Below are positions 42,843-57,720 of a stretch of DNA of 64,000 bases, piece by piece; the stretch's first letter is position 1, and each line of letters opens with the position of its first letter. The notes under the pieces were generated by a model, which saw nothing but the letters and a program-made list of their open reading frames with translations, did not search any database and was not told the DNA's origin. This DNA is from Eledone cirrhosa (Eukaryota), in contig OZ024742.1 in NCBI GenBank assembly GCA_964016885.1, positions 339,450,001 to 339,514,000 of the forward strand, in the 5' to 3' direction. Made by a program: the position numbers and the translations under genes.

Positions 42843-43830
42843 TCATTAATAGATAGATAGATACATTTCTTTATTAGCCACAAGGACACAAAAGAAGGGG
42901 ACAAATACAAATGGGGAGTTTACATACGGGTATATGAAAATAAAACTATTAATATAATAACAAATAACAATTGAAATCCCCAATAGGGGGAAGGTGTTAC
43001 ACAGGGGTTGTACACACCCCGAAAAAAGTACATCCCTCATCTCCAGGAGCACCAAGAGTGAGTATTCCCTTCCTCTCTTCCTCTTTTTCCTCAAACTACA
43101 GGCTTATATAGAGAGAAGGCCAAACCACTCGGGCCATCTTTGCCACATTCACCCACCTTTTATAAAATTTCCTGGGGTATAGCACCTCTCTCTCCATCCT
43201 GATTCTTCTTACAAAATGATATTTGAAAAAACGAATCAGTTGCTCGTCCACCATATAACCTCTTTCACCATAGCCATAACACATAGGAAAACTGCCTCTC
43301 CCTCGTTTTTGAAGGAGGGTGGCGGTTTGATCATGTAAATGGACTCGGTGGTCAACTGGATTGGTCTCACTCGCGACAATAGTCATTCTACATAGCCCCA
43401 CAAGTCGGTAACGCCCGGGCAGTGTAAAAATGCGTATGCGACGGTTTTCCTCGTCGCGCACGCATCTCGGACAGATCTTTTTCGAATGGTAGATAGGTAG
43501 ATAGATATATTTCTTTATTTGCCACAAGGGCACACAAGAAAAGGAGACAATACAAAGACATATGGCGGGCATTTTACATACAGTCGTGTAAAAAAAGTTT
43601 TAACATGAAAATATAACAATCAAAATCCCCAATAGGGGGAGGCGTTACAAATGGGTTGCTTTATACCCCGTAGATAGAACAACCCTCAACTCCAAGAGCA
43701 TGTTGTTCAGTAGATAGATATCTTTCTTTATTTGCCACAGAGGCGTACAAAAATGTGACATTACAAGACGTGACGGCGGGGGTTTTACATAAAAATCATA
43801 TAACTTTAACATTAATAAATAACAATAAAC
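38650..43830 (-). mobile_element. Array of seven 5'-truncated Tx1-clade LINE copies separated by (GATA/GGTA)n
   Basis: 3' termini TTTCTTTATTWGCCACAAG or a close variant at ~38653, 40296, 41281, 42373, 42866, 43510, 43723; RT pieces SPGLDGLPYEFY and NFRPITLL in the first copy. Confidence 0.92.
42452..42618 (-). mobile_element. S1 SINE nested in a Tx1 3' UTR
   Basis: Matches the reverse complement of 21490-21653; Tx1 UTR resumes at 42619. Confidence 0.88.
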
Positions 43831-43831
43831 T

Positions 43832-44060
43832 ATCTATACATATATATAAAACTGATGTTGTCTGTGTGTGTGTTCTCATTTTTGCAAAGTCTACACAAAT
43901 CCACATTTCTACTCCGATTGACTTCAAACTTGCATTTATATATTCCTTGCTGTCTAAAGACATTAATTGCAGATTTTATTTTTCAAGTTTCTGTTGTTTA
44001 AGGGGTGTTAGGGGCCGGTTATCCATCTCCGTCGCGCCCTTATAATATCTGTCTGTATGC
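43832..44060 (+). mobile_element. Possible Helitron-type 5' end
   Basis: TCTATACATATATATAAAA..TGTCTGTGTGTGTG..CCGATTGACTTCAAACTTG resembles non-autonomous Helitron starts; no 3' end identified. Confidence 0.4.
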
Positions 44061-45121
44061 CTGGCTGTTTGCATTACGACATTCTGACAGGGAACGTATT
44101 CACGAACCAAAGTATCGTCTTCCTGTTTTCGGTTGCAACGTTTTTCGAAATATTTACTTCTGCGTTCACAGATTGATTTTAGTTTTAGAAGAACCCGTTA
44201 AGTGTGAAAGCAGCGATTCTTTGCTTAAACTTTAATCTGTTATTTTAATATATAATATATGCGAGGCAAGCCAGCCCAGTTGCACTTCTTGCCAATAAAT
44301 ATTAACCCTTTGTGCGCCATTCATCTAACTGTAGACCAACAAATACCAACTAAACGGAGCGTTGACAAGAACGATGGCGAATGAATCTTCAAGGTAAGCA
44401 GTTTCCTCCCGAGCTGTTAGTTCACGCGGGATTCTCTGCTACACCTTTTCGTAATAATACCGAACAACGTACTGCTGGTCACTCCTTCCTCCAAAAGCCG
44501 TACAAAGACGACATGTGCATCGGGCAGATGAATCAGGTGCAAATCTACACCAGGCTTACGCGAGAAATTCGCAAGGGCCTGCACCGAGAGGGATAGAGAG
44601 AAAGAGTAACTTAGTGGAAAGATGCGAATGAACTTTTGAGGTAAGTAGCCTACGCCTTACTGCTATGACACTGGAACCTTCTGCCAACTTAACCTGTGAC
44701 TTTCTCTTTCACATTTACTCCAATAGGCCAAAACAGAGGAGTATGAAAAGAAGGGGCTCAACAATATTTCTATGAACAATGCACGTAGACAGCTAAACTA
44801 GTTTCAACTTCTTAATTTTCTCCAAATAAAACAAGTTTCCTGTCGGTTCGAAATACAGAGATTGCCGCGTAAGCGTGGAAAATGCGTTCCAACTCGTTAC
44901 CAAGACTACTAAACTGTTTGTCTTGTTTTCACTCTTCATTTAATCTTCATTTCTCGGACCTTTTCTCTGTCTCTACTTTGTGACCCTGTCACTACTTTGT
45001 GACCCTGTCTCTATTTTGTATTCCTGAAGAAGGGCAGAAGCAAGACATGTCGAACATTTTTTCCCATATAAAGCGTGAAACTAATAAGACTTTTTGTACC
45101 TCTGTTTGTTGTCTCATTGAA

Positions 45122-45165
<44 letters not shown>

Positions 45166-45277
45166 TAAGAGTAAAATAACGGAGTAAAGGACTCGCGTAT
45201 AATCCTGTAATTTAAGGAGCTCAAAGGAAAATGTTTTCCTGGACACTCCTGTAAATGAAAACACACTCTCCTGTGTT

Positions 45278-45351
<74 letters not shown>

Positions 45352-45354
45352 TCC

Positions 45355-45412
<58 letters not shown>

Positions 45413-45454
45413 GAAAACGAAAAATCAGTGATGCATCTGAACTCAATTTATTGT

Positions 45455-45542
45455 GTGTTACAATTGTTTCGCCGGCGGACAGCTCGAGACACGATCATTG
45501 TGTGGATCTGTCTGATTCTGGACCCGCAGGTTCAACGGACAC
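45455..45542 (-). ncRNA. Decayed hammerhead-like motif (element ~45410-45570)
   Basis: gtgt-CCGTTGA-acctgcgg...ccgccggc-GAAA-caattg-TA-acac. Confidence 0.5.
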
Positions 45543-45580
45543 GTCTAATGATTTCGGAGCATATTCTTCCATATATATAT

Positions 45581-45790
45581 ATAGGAAAAGGTATGACCCC
45601 GACGGCAGGTATGACCTCGACGGCAGAGCTTAAGCCGTTTCGACAGCTATTTCTGTCCAGAAATAGCCGTCGAAACGGCTTGAACTCTGCCGTCGGGGTC
45701 ATATCTTTTCCTATTACCCACTCTACTACCCTAAGTATTGAGTACTCTGGTGCGTTATGGTCCATCTGGTTCCTTAACACAATTCCTTCG
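45581..45790 (+). mobile_element. Fold-back element with tail
   Basis: Palindrome centred on CTATTTCTG-tc-CAGAAATAG (~45656); tail stem-loop ACTC-TACT..AGTA-TT-GAGT at 45720-45743. Confidence 0.8.
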
Positions 45791-45826
<36 letters not shown>

Positions 45827-45828
<2 letters not shown>

Positions 45829-48800
45829 AGGTCACTAGTTGGTGCTACTGGTAACATGTATCCCAGTACAACCTGTCTCATGGTCGGGTCGTTGGCGACT
45901 AAACTGGCAACCCCACCAAGATTTCTTGGTGAGGAGGGTGACTTTGGACATCCTGCAGGACTAAAAACAAAACCTGTCAAAGGGCAAAGGAACTCCTGGG
46001 AACTCTTAAGAGCTCTTGGAGTCGATGGCCATCCAAAACCAGCACGGCCCGCCGAAAGGCGCTGCAGTGCCGGAAAAGTCAACTTCCTGCTACTAGTATG
46101 TTGGTAAGCTAGTACAACGTATCTCCAGACGGATAGAGTGGGTCCGTAGCTTTGGTTAGCGACTACCCTAGTGCTTGCAACACGAACAATAAGGGCGAGG
46201 GTATAAATGCCAGGTTGGTATCTGGCGCCGGGTAACCCACCACACGGAGGAGAAAGCACCTTCTTCAAGACTTGGCTGTCAAATTCTTTCACATGTGTGT
46301 AGTAGTGGCGCCCACACACATTATTAGCTATTTGAAAAGATGATGGATTTCGCAACTAACTGCACCAGGGTTCCTGTTCTTCAGGGAACCACACTATATG
46401 GTATACCTGTTGATATAGGTCCAGCCCCTGCTTTCCCGGGTCCTGTTTCTGATCATAATGCACCTACAAAGGCATCGAATAATGATGAATCCTCAAATCT
46501 CAAGGGACGGGGTTCATCTGATGGAGAAGAAACAGGTCCTAACCAAACAACAAGCAAATCTCGCTTGGCTAGCTGTAAAAAGCAAATAATAGTTAGCTCC
46601 TTGAACACCAGAACCCTCCTTCCAACAGGTAGACTCCAGGAGCTGGCAGAGAATGCAGAACATTGACATCCTTGCGGTCCAAGAACACCGCTTTTTCCAC
46701 CCAAAGGATGATCTCAAGTATCACACCCTAGGATCCTACCAACTTGTCACCTCTTCAGCCCCCAAGAACCCTGTCAATGCCTCCGTCGGAGGAGTCGGCT
46801 GCCTTCTCTCATCTAAAGCCAGCAATAATCTTCTGGGGATTGAAACAATCTCTCCCAGAATCTTGGTGCTTACACTAGAGGGCAATCCTAGAACCACTGC
46901 GATATGTGTATACAGTCCTCATAACGCCTCTCCTGAGGATGAGGCAAGAGAATTCTACACGACCCTTCGCACAGTTGTTGAGCAAGTACCCTTACACAAC
47001 TTTCTTATCATCGCTGGAGACCTCAACGCTCAACTTGGCCCGGATGAAGTAAAGTTCACATACAATAGGGTTACTAACCGAAACGGGGAATATCTCAAGA
47101 ACTTCATGGAGGAATCCAGTCTATTCAGCTCAAACAACAGCTTCATGAAGACCAGAGGCCAGCTTTGGACCTTCGAATACCCAAACCAAAAACGAGCTCA
47201 GATTGACTATTTGATATTTCGCAAGAAATGGAGAAACTCAATCAAAGATTCTAGATCTTATTCCTCCTTTAGCTCTGTCGGCTCAGATCATCGAGTCATC
47301 TCGGCAACAATCAAACTTAGTCTCAGGATATCCAAGAGGGCCGAACCTCATCCCATGAAAAGAATAGACTGGAAAGCCGTTTCTTCCAACAAACAACTAT
47401 CCAATAGCTTCACGCTTGAAGTCTATAACAGATTTCAATCTCTCTCAACTTCTGACATGAATGACGATAATATTGAGGATGTGTATGACTGTCTTAAGCA
47501 ATCAACAGAGGAAGTTGCACTTGCCACCCTACCTAAAAAGAAAAGCCGAAGCCAAATGAAACCTAGTGCCTCAGAGAAAGGTAGTTGAGGCAAGGGCCCA
47601 TCTTAGGTCAATATCACAATCTCACCATCAATCACCATCTCAAGGGAAAAAGATACAGCTTATCATGGCCAAAAAATCACAAGACGACGCTTATCTTAAT
47701 GCTGAAGCCGACTATATCTTAGGTAGGATTGATCAGCTATCGCAACATCACATCAGCAAACACCATCATCTTGCTTGGAAGGTTGTCAAAGATCTTTCAG
47801 GCAAAAACTCAAACTCTGCAGTTCGAATCAAAGGAGGCTCTGCCAAAAAACGTCTTGAAAATTGGTCTGCTCATTTTAAAAACCTTCTAGGGAAAAGGGC
47901 CAGACTCCCTGATAACTATCAACTGCCATCCGTTCAGGTTTCAGAGCCTGAGCTCAAAGAAGCCATCAAACAGCTCAAATCCTCAAAAGCCTTTGGGCCG
48001 GATAATATACCTACCCTGATTTGGAAGGATGAGCATTTCCACATCCTTTTGCTCAACTTATGTAACCATACTTTCGAGACCAATAAACCACCTAGCGTCT
48101 GGCATGCAGCTCAAATTATCCCCATGCCCCAAAAAGGAGATCTTTCTTTAGCCACCAACTATTGAGGAATTTCTCTCATGGCAATTGCTGCAAAAATATA
48201 CAACAAGCTTCTTCTTAACCGCTTAATCCCATTTCTTGAGCCAATCCTTCGTAACAACCAGAATGGATTAAGGAGAGGTAGATCAACACTTAGCCAGATT
48301 CTCTGCCTTCGCCGACTTATAGAGGAGTCCCAAAACCGCAATCTAGACCTTGCACTCATCTTTGTTGATTTTTCAAAGGCCTTCAACTCAGTTGACAGGT
48401 CGGGGATGTTTGAAATTCTACAACTCTATGGGATTCCTGATAAAATCATCGCGGCCATACGTGTAATGTATATAGATACCAAATCAACTGTCCTGACCCC
48501 CAGATGGGGAAACACCACCTTTCTCAATCCTCGCTGGAATTTTACAGGGCGATACCCTTGCTCCGTATCTATTTATCATTGTTGTGGATTATGTTTTGCG
48601 CATGTCTGTGGATAGGATTCAGGATAGGGGATACCAACTACAGCCTAGGAGAAGCTCACGCTATCCAGCAAAATACTTGACCGACACCGACTTTGCTGAC
48701 GACATCGCATTGATCAGTCGGTCACTGGAAAATGCTGAGAGTCTTTTGAAGTCATTAGAGCAAGCGTCCAACTGTGTTGGACTGTACCTCAACGAATCCA

Positions 48801-49452
48801 AGACTGAATATGTGAACAGATGCGCAAACAGCCCAAACTACCCCATCAGAACCCTTAATGGTACCACCCTTAAGCAGGTGGAAGATTACAAGTATCTTGG
48901 CTCATATATCTCCTCCTCTAAAAAAGATTTTCTAACCAGGAAGGGTATGGCATGGTCAGCGTGCAATGACATGCACGCCATATGGACATCTCAACTTACC
49001 AACAAGCTAAAACTGGGAATATTCCAAGCAACCATTAAGCCCATATTACTTTATGGATCCGAAACTTGGACACTAACATCACAACTTGAGAGGAGATTGG
49101 ATGGCACATATACCCGCCTCTCAATGAGAGTGCAAAACCTATCGTGGAAACGACATCCCACCTTGTCTAAAATCTATGGCAAACTCCCTCGAGCCTCTGC
49201 CCTTCTAAAATCCCGGAGAGCTCAATTTGCTGGCCACTGTCACCGTGCCAGCAATGAAATCATATCCGCTCTCTTGCTCTGGAACCCTGACTCCAGCCTG
49301 ACTAGGAGTAGGAAGCTGTCATTCCCTGACGTTATCTCTAGGGATACGGGAATCAGTAGACAGGACCTGGGGGCAGCGATTGGGGAAAGGAATTCTGGGG
49401 CATGAGAGTGAGATCCGTCATCTCGACAGTAGTCGACGAATGATGATGATGA
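45827..49452 (+). mobile_element. Near full-length RTE-group LINE
   Basis: ~500-nt 5' UTR, single APE-RT frame with few lesions, 3' (TGA)n tail, TA-rich flanks. Confidence 0.9.
46341..49405 (+). pseudogene. RTE APE endonuclease-reverse transcriptase, frameshifted
   Basis: SLNTRTL, IDILAVQEHR, GDLNA, QIDY, SDHR, KAFGPDNIP, FVDFSKAFNSV, DTDFADDIAL, YKYLGS, LLYGSETW; about three frameshifts and one stop. Confidence 0.92.
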
Positions 49453-49462
49453 TATATAAATT

Positions 49463-50395
49463 ATAAATTACACAATTATCAAAGTTATGTTCAAATCATT
49501 TAATTGCTGACAATCGTTTCTTCCAAACTTTCGTTTGGAGTTCATCGGAGCATTATCAATGTTTGTACATATAATTAACCTCCTATTCAACTGAACAATC
49601 ATATAGATACATATATATTGATGTTGTGAGCAACAGTTTCGTATTTACAGGGTGTAATGGATGCGACATATATTATACGAGAATTGTACAAAAATTCCAA
49701 TTAAAATTAAAAGCACAGAGTGGAATACATGCGACAGATAATACAAGAGAATAGTCATTGAGAAAGAATGAGGACATTAGCAGTACATATACAAGCGTGT
49801 AGAAAGTGCACATGCGTTAGTCATATATCTGAGAAGGAAATAAGCAAAGGTATTAGGCATATCCAGATAAATATATAAATAAATATTTGCTATACAGTAT
49901 TTATTTATTTATTTATTTATTTATCTATATATGCCTAATACCTTTGCTTATTTCCTTCTCAGATATATGACTAACGCATGTGCACTTTCTACACGCTTGC
50001 ATATGTACTGCTAATGTCCTCATTCTGTCTCTTTAACTATTAGACTATTCTCTTGTATTATCTGTCGCATGTATTCCACTCTGTGCTTTTAATTTGAATT
50101 TGAATTTTTGTACAATTCTCGTATAATATATGTAGCATCTATTACACCCTGTAAATACGAAACTGTTGCTCACAACATCAATATATATGTATCTATATGA
50201 TTGTTCAGTTGAATAGGAGGTTAATTATATGTACAAACATTGATAATGCTCCGATGAACTCCAAACGAAAGTTTGGAAGAAACGATTGTCAGCAATTAAA
50301 TGATTTGAACATAACTTTGATAATTGTGTTATTTATATTCCTGCTCTGTAAAACACCTGATGTTCTTACATTGAGCTATTTCTCTTACTGGTAAT
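49463..50395. mobile_element. Large fold-back element (~420-bp arms 49463-49886 / 49897-50336) with tail
   Basis: Long inverted arms with scattered mismatches; hammerhead in each arm; tail stem-loop GCTC-TGTAA..TTACA-TT-GAGC at 50343-50376. Confidence 0.85.
50247..50294 (+). ncRNA. Hammerhead variant (CCGAUGA core); mirror copy at 49505-49552 (-)
   Basis: tgct-CCGATGA-ac.tccaaac.gaaa.gtttgga.a-GAAA-cgattg-TC-agca. Confidence 0.7.
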
Positions 50396-51028
50396 AAGGT
50401 AGTAATAAATTACTGACCTTTCAGAGGGAAGTAAAGGGTTTAATTAGGAACCCTACATGGGTACGAACACGATGTTCACATCGAAATTCATATCGACTGT
50501 TACAGAGATAGCTGCTTAGGTTTGTGTACAAAGGGGAGTAATTTCGGTGTTAATTTTGGAGTTCTCTGCTAAAATTCAGTTCCACTATTATAGAATATTG
50601 ATTTACTCCCCTGGGTCTATATACTATATGTTAATTTAATAATGCTTTGTCACGTCACTTTGCTGAGGCACAATTAAGGTATGAATGTGAGTGTTCGGTA
50701 ATATAATGGTCGGTGAGACTTATGTACAGTCTAATTTAGTATGAGGTAGTAAATTCGACAAGGTATAAACGCCGGAAAGTGTAAAGGTGTAAACGTCAGG
50801 TCTTGCATAGTCACATGATTATATGCCCAAGGTGTTTAAATGGCACAATCATCGATCCTGTAGAGATACTCAAGATTTATTCCGTTGGTGTGAAGGAGTA
50901 TGACGAGACAATAAGGTCCGGACAGATGCAGTGCCACACCCTTGAGAGATGACGGTGGCTGGATAACAGTATAGTTCACAGTGCACCGTTTTAAGACCAG
51001 CCAGGGTGCGGTGTAAAATGCCCTGGTA

Positions 51029-51530
51029 CTATGGTGCTTCGGTATTATCCGGGGTCCATCTGTAGAACGACTGTTGTAGTCTATGGCCGCAATTGATGAC
51101 AGTTTCGGCTCGACTGTTGATGAGATCGTGGGGGGGGGGGGCTTGTACGATATAGTAAAGCTCCATGAGACAGAGCTGGCAGTTCTTCTTGAAGTTGTAG
51201 GGTGTTGCGAGGTTGACAATTTCCCAATAAGTGGAGAAGCTGGTGCTAGTGTCTTTGAAACTGGTGATGTAATAGGCGAGGGATGTAGAGTACCTTAGCT
51301 TCCTATTTCTAAAGGAGTGAAGATGCGCTCGAAATCTAGTCTTGAACGACCCAGAAGTGGCCCCTATGTAATATTTGACGTTATGGCTAGTAACTGTACA
51401 TTTGTATATAACATTTCTAGTTAGGCATTGGCTCCGTAGCGGACAGTTAGCGGGGTCACGACAATTGCAGTGCTTACTATGGTCACCTCGGGACCGGCTG
51501 TTGTTAGTACCAACCACGATACTATTATTA
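51029..51530 (-). pseudogene. Penelope-like (Naiad-type) GIY-YIG endonuclease domain, 5'-truncated
   Basis: CNCRDPANCPL (CxCx5C), VIY..YIG, FKTRFRAH, CQLCLME, LINSRAE..CGH in an open frame; no RT attached. Confidence 0.9.
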
Positions 51531-51552
51531 ATGTTATTATTATTATCGGGAT

Positions 51553-51748
51553 TGGCAGTGGATTGGCAGTATCGGTAGAGGGTCGGACGCCATGCTTTCC
51601 AGCATAGTTACGTCCCTTTACGATCTGAGTTCAAATCCCGCCGAGGTTGACTTTGCCTTTCATCCTTACGGGGTCGATAAAATAAAGTACCAGTAATGCA
51701 CTGGGTTATTGCTGGCCTTGTGCCTAAAGTAGAAACAATTATTATTAT
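51553..51748 (+). mobile_element. S1 SINE upstream of the GIY-YIG fragment
   Basis: Almost identical to 21470-21653. Confidence 0.9.
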
Positions 51749-51879
51749 CAGGACCACAGCTTCGATTGTTGTCGTTAGTATTACCAATGTTAGGGACGCA
51801 CAGAGTAGTACCACATGTACGCCGTATGTTACCGCGCCTTCTACCGCGGTTGGTCGCACTATTGAGGTCCGTATCGTAG

Positions 51880-51952
<73 letters not shown>

Positions 51953-51953
51953 G

Positions 51954-52115
51954 CTACAGGACTAGAACTGTTTCATTCGGGAGAAATCATCAGAATGATT
52001 TCTCCCGAATGAAACAGTTCTAGTCCTGTAGAAGCCTTTTCTATATTAAATATTTATACCCTGCTATGCATTGGATACCTTACTTACTGTGGTTACCTCC
52101 GATTGAACCTAGGAT

Positions 52116-52118
<3 letters not shown>
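51954..52118 (+). mobile_element. Short fold-back element centred on a hammerhead core
   Basis: Perfect arms ~51954-51990 / 51995-52031; minus strand reads CTGATGA-tttc.tccc.gaat-GAAA-c..g-TC. Confidence 0.7.
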
Positions 52119-52170
<52 letters not shown>

Positions 52171-52297
52171 CGAGAAAACACAGAAGACACCGCTTCGATT
52201 CTCCCATCATTGAATCTGTAGAATATAGAGGGCGCCACTAGTACCTTGGCAAGTTGACAGGTAAATAAAATATCTTGGTGACGAGATATCAGAGGTT

Positions 52298-52479
52298 CAT
52301 CATCATCACAACCACCATCATCATCAGCATCAACATCACCATCATCACCATCACCATCATCATCACCATCACCATCATCATCAGCATCAGCATCACCATC
52401 ATCATCATCATCATCAGCATCACCATCATCATCATCATCATCATCATCATCAGCATCACCATCATCATCATCACAACCA

Positions 52480-52510
<31 letters not shown>

Positions 52511-52565
52511 CATCACCATCATCACCATCACCATCATCATCACCATCACCATCATCATCACCATC

Positions 52566-52644
<79 letters not shown>

Positions 52645-52666
52645 ACATCACCACCACTACCATCAT

Positions 52667-52701
<35 letters not shown>

Positions 52702-53875
52702 TCATCATCACCACCACCACAACCACCACCACCACCATCATCACCACCACCACCATCACCACCACCACCACCACCACCACCACAACCACCACCACCACCA
52801 TCACCACCACCAGCACCATCATCACCACCACCACCACCACAACCACCACCACCACCATCACCACCACCAGCACCATCATCACCACCACCACCATCACCAC
52901 CACCACCACCACCACCACCACAACCACCACCACCACCATCACCACCACCAGCACCATCATCACCACCACCACCACCACCACCACCAACACCACCGCCACC
53001 ATCACCACCACCAGCACCATCACCACCACCACCACCATCACCACCACCACCACCACCACCACCACAACCACCACCACCACCATCACCACCACCAGCACCA
53101 TCATCACCACCACCACCACCACCACCACCACCATCATCACCACCACCACCACCACCACCACCACCACCACCACCACCACAACCACCACCACCACCACCAC
53201 CACCACCACCACCACCACCACCACCACCACCACCACCACAACCACCACCACCACCACCACCAGCACCATCACCACCACCACCACCATCACCACCACCACC
53301 ACCACCACCACCACAACCACCACCACCACCATCACCACCAGCACCATCACCACCACCAGCACCATCACCACCACCACCACCACAACCACCATAACCACCA
53401 CCAGCACCATCACCACCACCAGCACCATCACCACCACCACCACCACCACCACCATCACCACCACCACCACCACCACCATCACCACCACCACCACCACTAC
53501 CACCACCACCACCACCACCACCACCAGCACCATCACCACCACCACCACCACCACCACCACCACCACCACCGCCACCACCACCACCACCACCACCACCACC
53601 ACCACCACCACCACCACGACCACCACCACCACCACCACCACCACCACCACCACCACCACCACCACCACCACCACCACCACCACCACGACCACCACCACCA
53701 CCACCACCACCACCACCACCACCACCACCACCACCACCACTACCACCACCACCACCACCACCACCACCACCATCACCACCACAACCACCACCACCACCAC
53801 CACCACCACCACCACCACCACCACCACCACCACCACCACCACCACCACCACCACTACCACCACCACCACCACCAT
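52298..53875. repeat. (CAT)n grading into (CAC)n trinucleotide array
   Basis: Direct reading. Confidence 0.96.
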
Positions 53876-54124
53876 AGTGTTGTGATGACAAAAAAACAAC
53901 ATCATGAGTTAATGGCAGTTAGAAATCAAACCGTAGTAATTTCAGCTAAACAGCTGCTCCTGATTTTACGATCGTTTAGGGAGAAAGTAAGCAGGAAATA
54001 TTTCTTACATGTTATTAAATCTCCAATATATTTTATATCACAATCTTTCTATTTCTCTTTCCATATAAAAACAAATTTAACATAAATTGCTCTATAGCAT
54101 TTTTATTATATAATATAAAAGTTC

Positions 54125-56190
<2,066 letters not shown>

Positions 56191-56554
56191 GCAGGCGGTT
56201 TTATCACATATCTTTCATATTATGTGTGCATATATGCATAAATGAAGGTTAGATTTACCATAAAAAACTCAATACACATACACACACACTCAATATATAT
56301 ATACGTATGTATATCTGTGTGTGTGTGTGTCTATGCAAGTATACACAGACACACAGCCACTGAAGTACATGTTCTCCTGATCATATTTACAGCTTTATTA
56401 AGTGATAGGCAATAAGCTGAAATATAAATAAATTGCTGTCAACTTGTGTCAATTGATGTTTAATTTGTGAGGTCTGAACTACTGAGTTTCTGTCTAGTGA
56501 TGAGCATGGCTGTGACATTATAGTTTGGACAGATAGATAGATGGATAGATAGAT

Positions 56555-57720
56555 AAATTTCTTTATTAGCCACAAGGACAAAAAAGAAGGGGACAAATAC
56601 AAATGGGGAGTTTACATACGGGTATATGAAAATAAAACTATTAATAAAATAACAAATAACAATTGAAATCCCAAGGGGGGAGGCGTTACACAGGGGTTGT
56701 ACACACCACGAAAAAATGTACAACCCTCATCTCCAGGACCACCAAGAGTGAGTACTCCCTTCCTCTCTTCCTCTTTCTCCTCAACCTACAGGCTTATATA
56801 AAGAGAAGGCCCAACCAATCGGGCCATCTTTGCCACATTCACCCACCTTTTATAAAATTTGCTTGGGTACAGCACCTCTCTCTCCATCCTGATTCTTCTT
56901 CCAAAATGATATTTGAAAAACCGAATCAGTTGCTCGCCGGAGAGAAAGGTGTCTGACCTCAGCCCTTTTAACCTCGTCCACCATATAACCTCTTTCACCA
57001 TAGCCATAACACAGGAGAACCGCCTCTCCTTCGTTTTTGAAGGAGGGTGGCTGTTTGATCATGACAATGGACTCGGTGGTCAACCGGATTGGTCCCACCC
57101 GTGACAAAAGTCGTTCTACATAGCCCCACAGGTCGGTAACGCGTGCGCAACAGTTTCCTCGTCGCGCACGCAGCTCGGACAGATCTTTTTCGAAGGGTCC
57201 CTACCCGGGCGCCCGTGCCTGTAGAGCTTGTCTCGAACTGGTAGAGCTCCTCGCTAGCACTGCCAGGCCAGGGACTTTTGGAAGTTGTCCATCGGTCCCG
57301 GGCGGAAGGTCCTACCGAACAGACTGGCCAGTTCGTCATCCTCTACGCCTAGAGTTACTCCGAGCGCGTCGTCGCACTTGCTGCGGACCAACCCTCTATA
57401 GAATGACAAAGTGGAGTCCCCACTGATCGCCGGGTCCGTTTGCTAGAGGACTGTGACTGCCTGAGCACATTTGATGTGCCAGTCGCCCATTTTCCTCGGT
57501 CTTTGCTTGACCCAGGAATGCAGCTCGGTCAGCGGTTGTCCGGTGAGGAATACGTGGAGGTGCTGCAGCCTGAGCGCGTGTTTGCGCATCGTCAGCCACG
57601 GCATCCCAAGCCCTCCGTTTGAAGGGTGTTGGCAGCAGATGGATCTTCTCACCAAAAGAGCACGTTTCTTCCAAAGGAATTGGAAGAGCGCTCGCTCCAT
57701 TTTGGTGAGCGTTTGGAGAG
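56555..57720 (-). mobile_element. Tx1-clade LINE 3' part, 3' end at (GATA)n
   Basis: LTKMERALFQFLWK..GGLGMPWL..HALRL; same family as 40292-41227. Confidence 0.88.

Noticed and set aside
44381-44700. Helitron Rep N-terminal remnant (IGQMNQV)
   Set aside because: Only a few residues resemble the motif and the following cysteines are not in frame
52080-53905. Gly/Asp-rich, poly-Thr and poly-Val ORFs
   Set aside because: Translations of the (CAT)n/(CAC)n array
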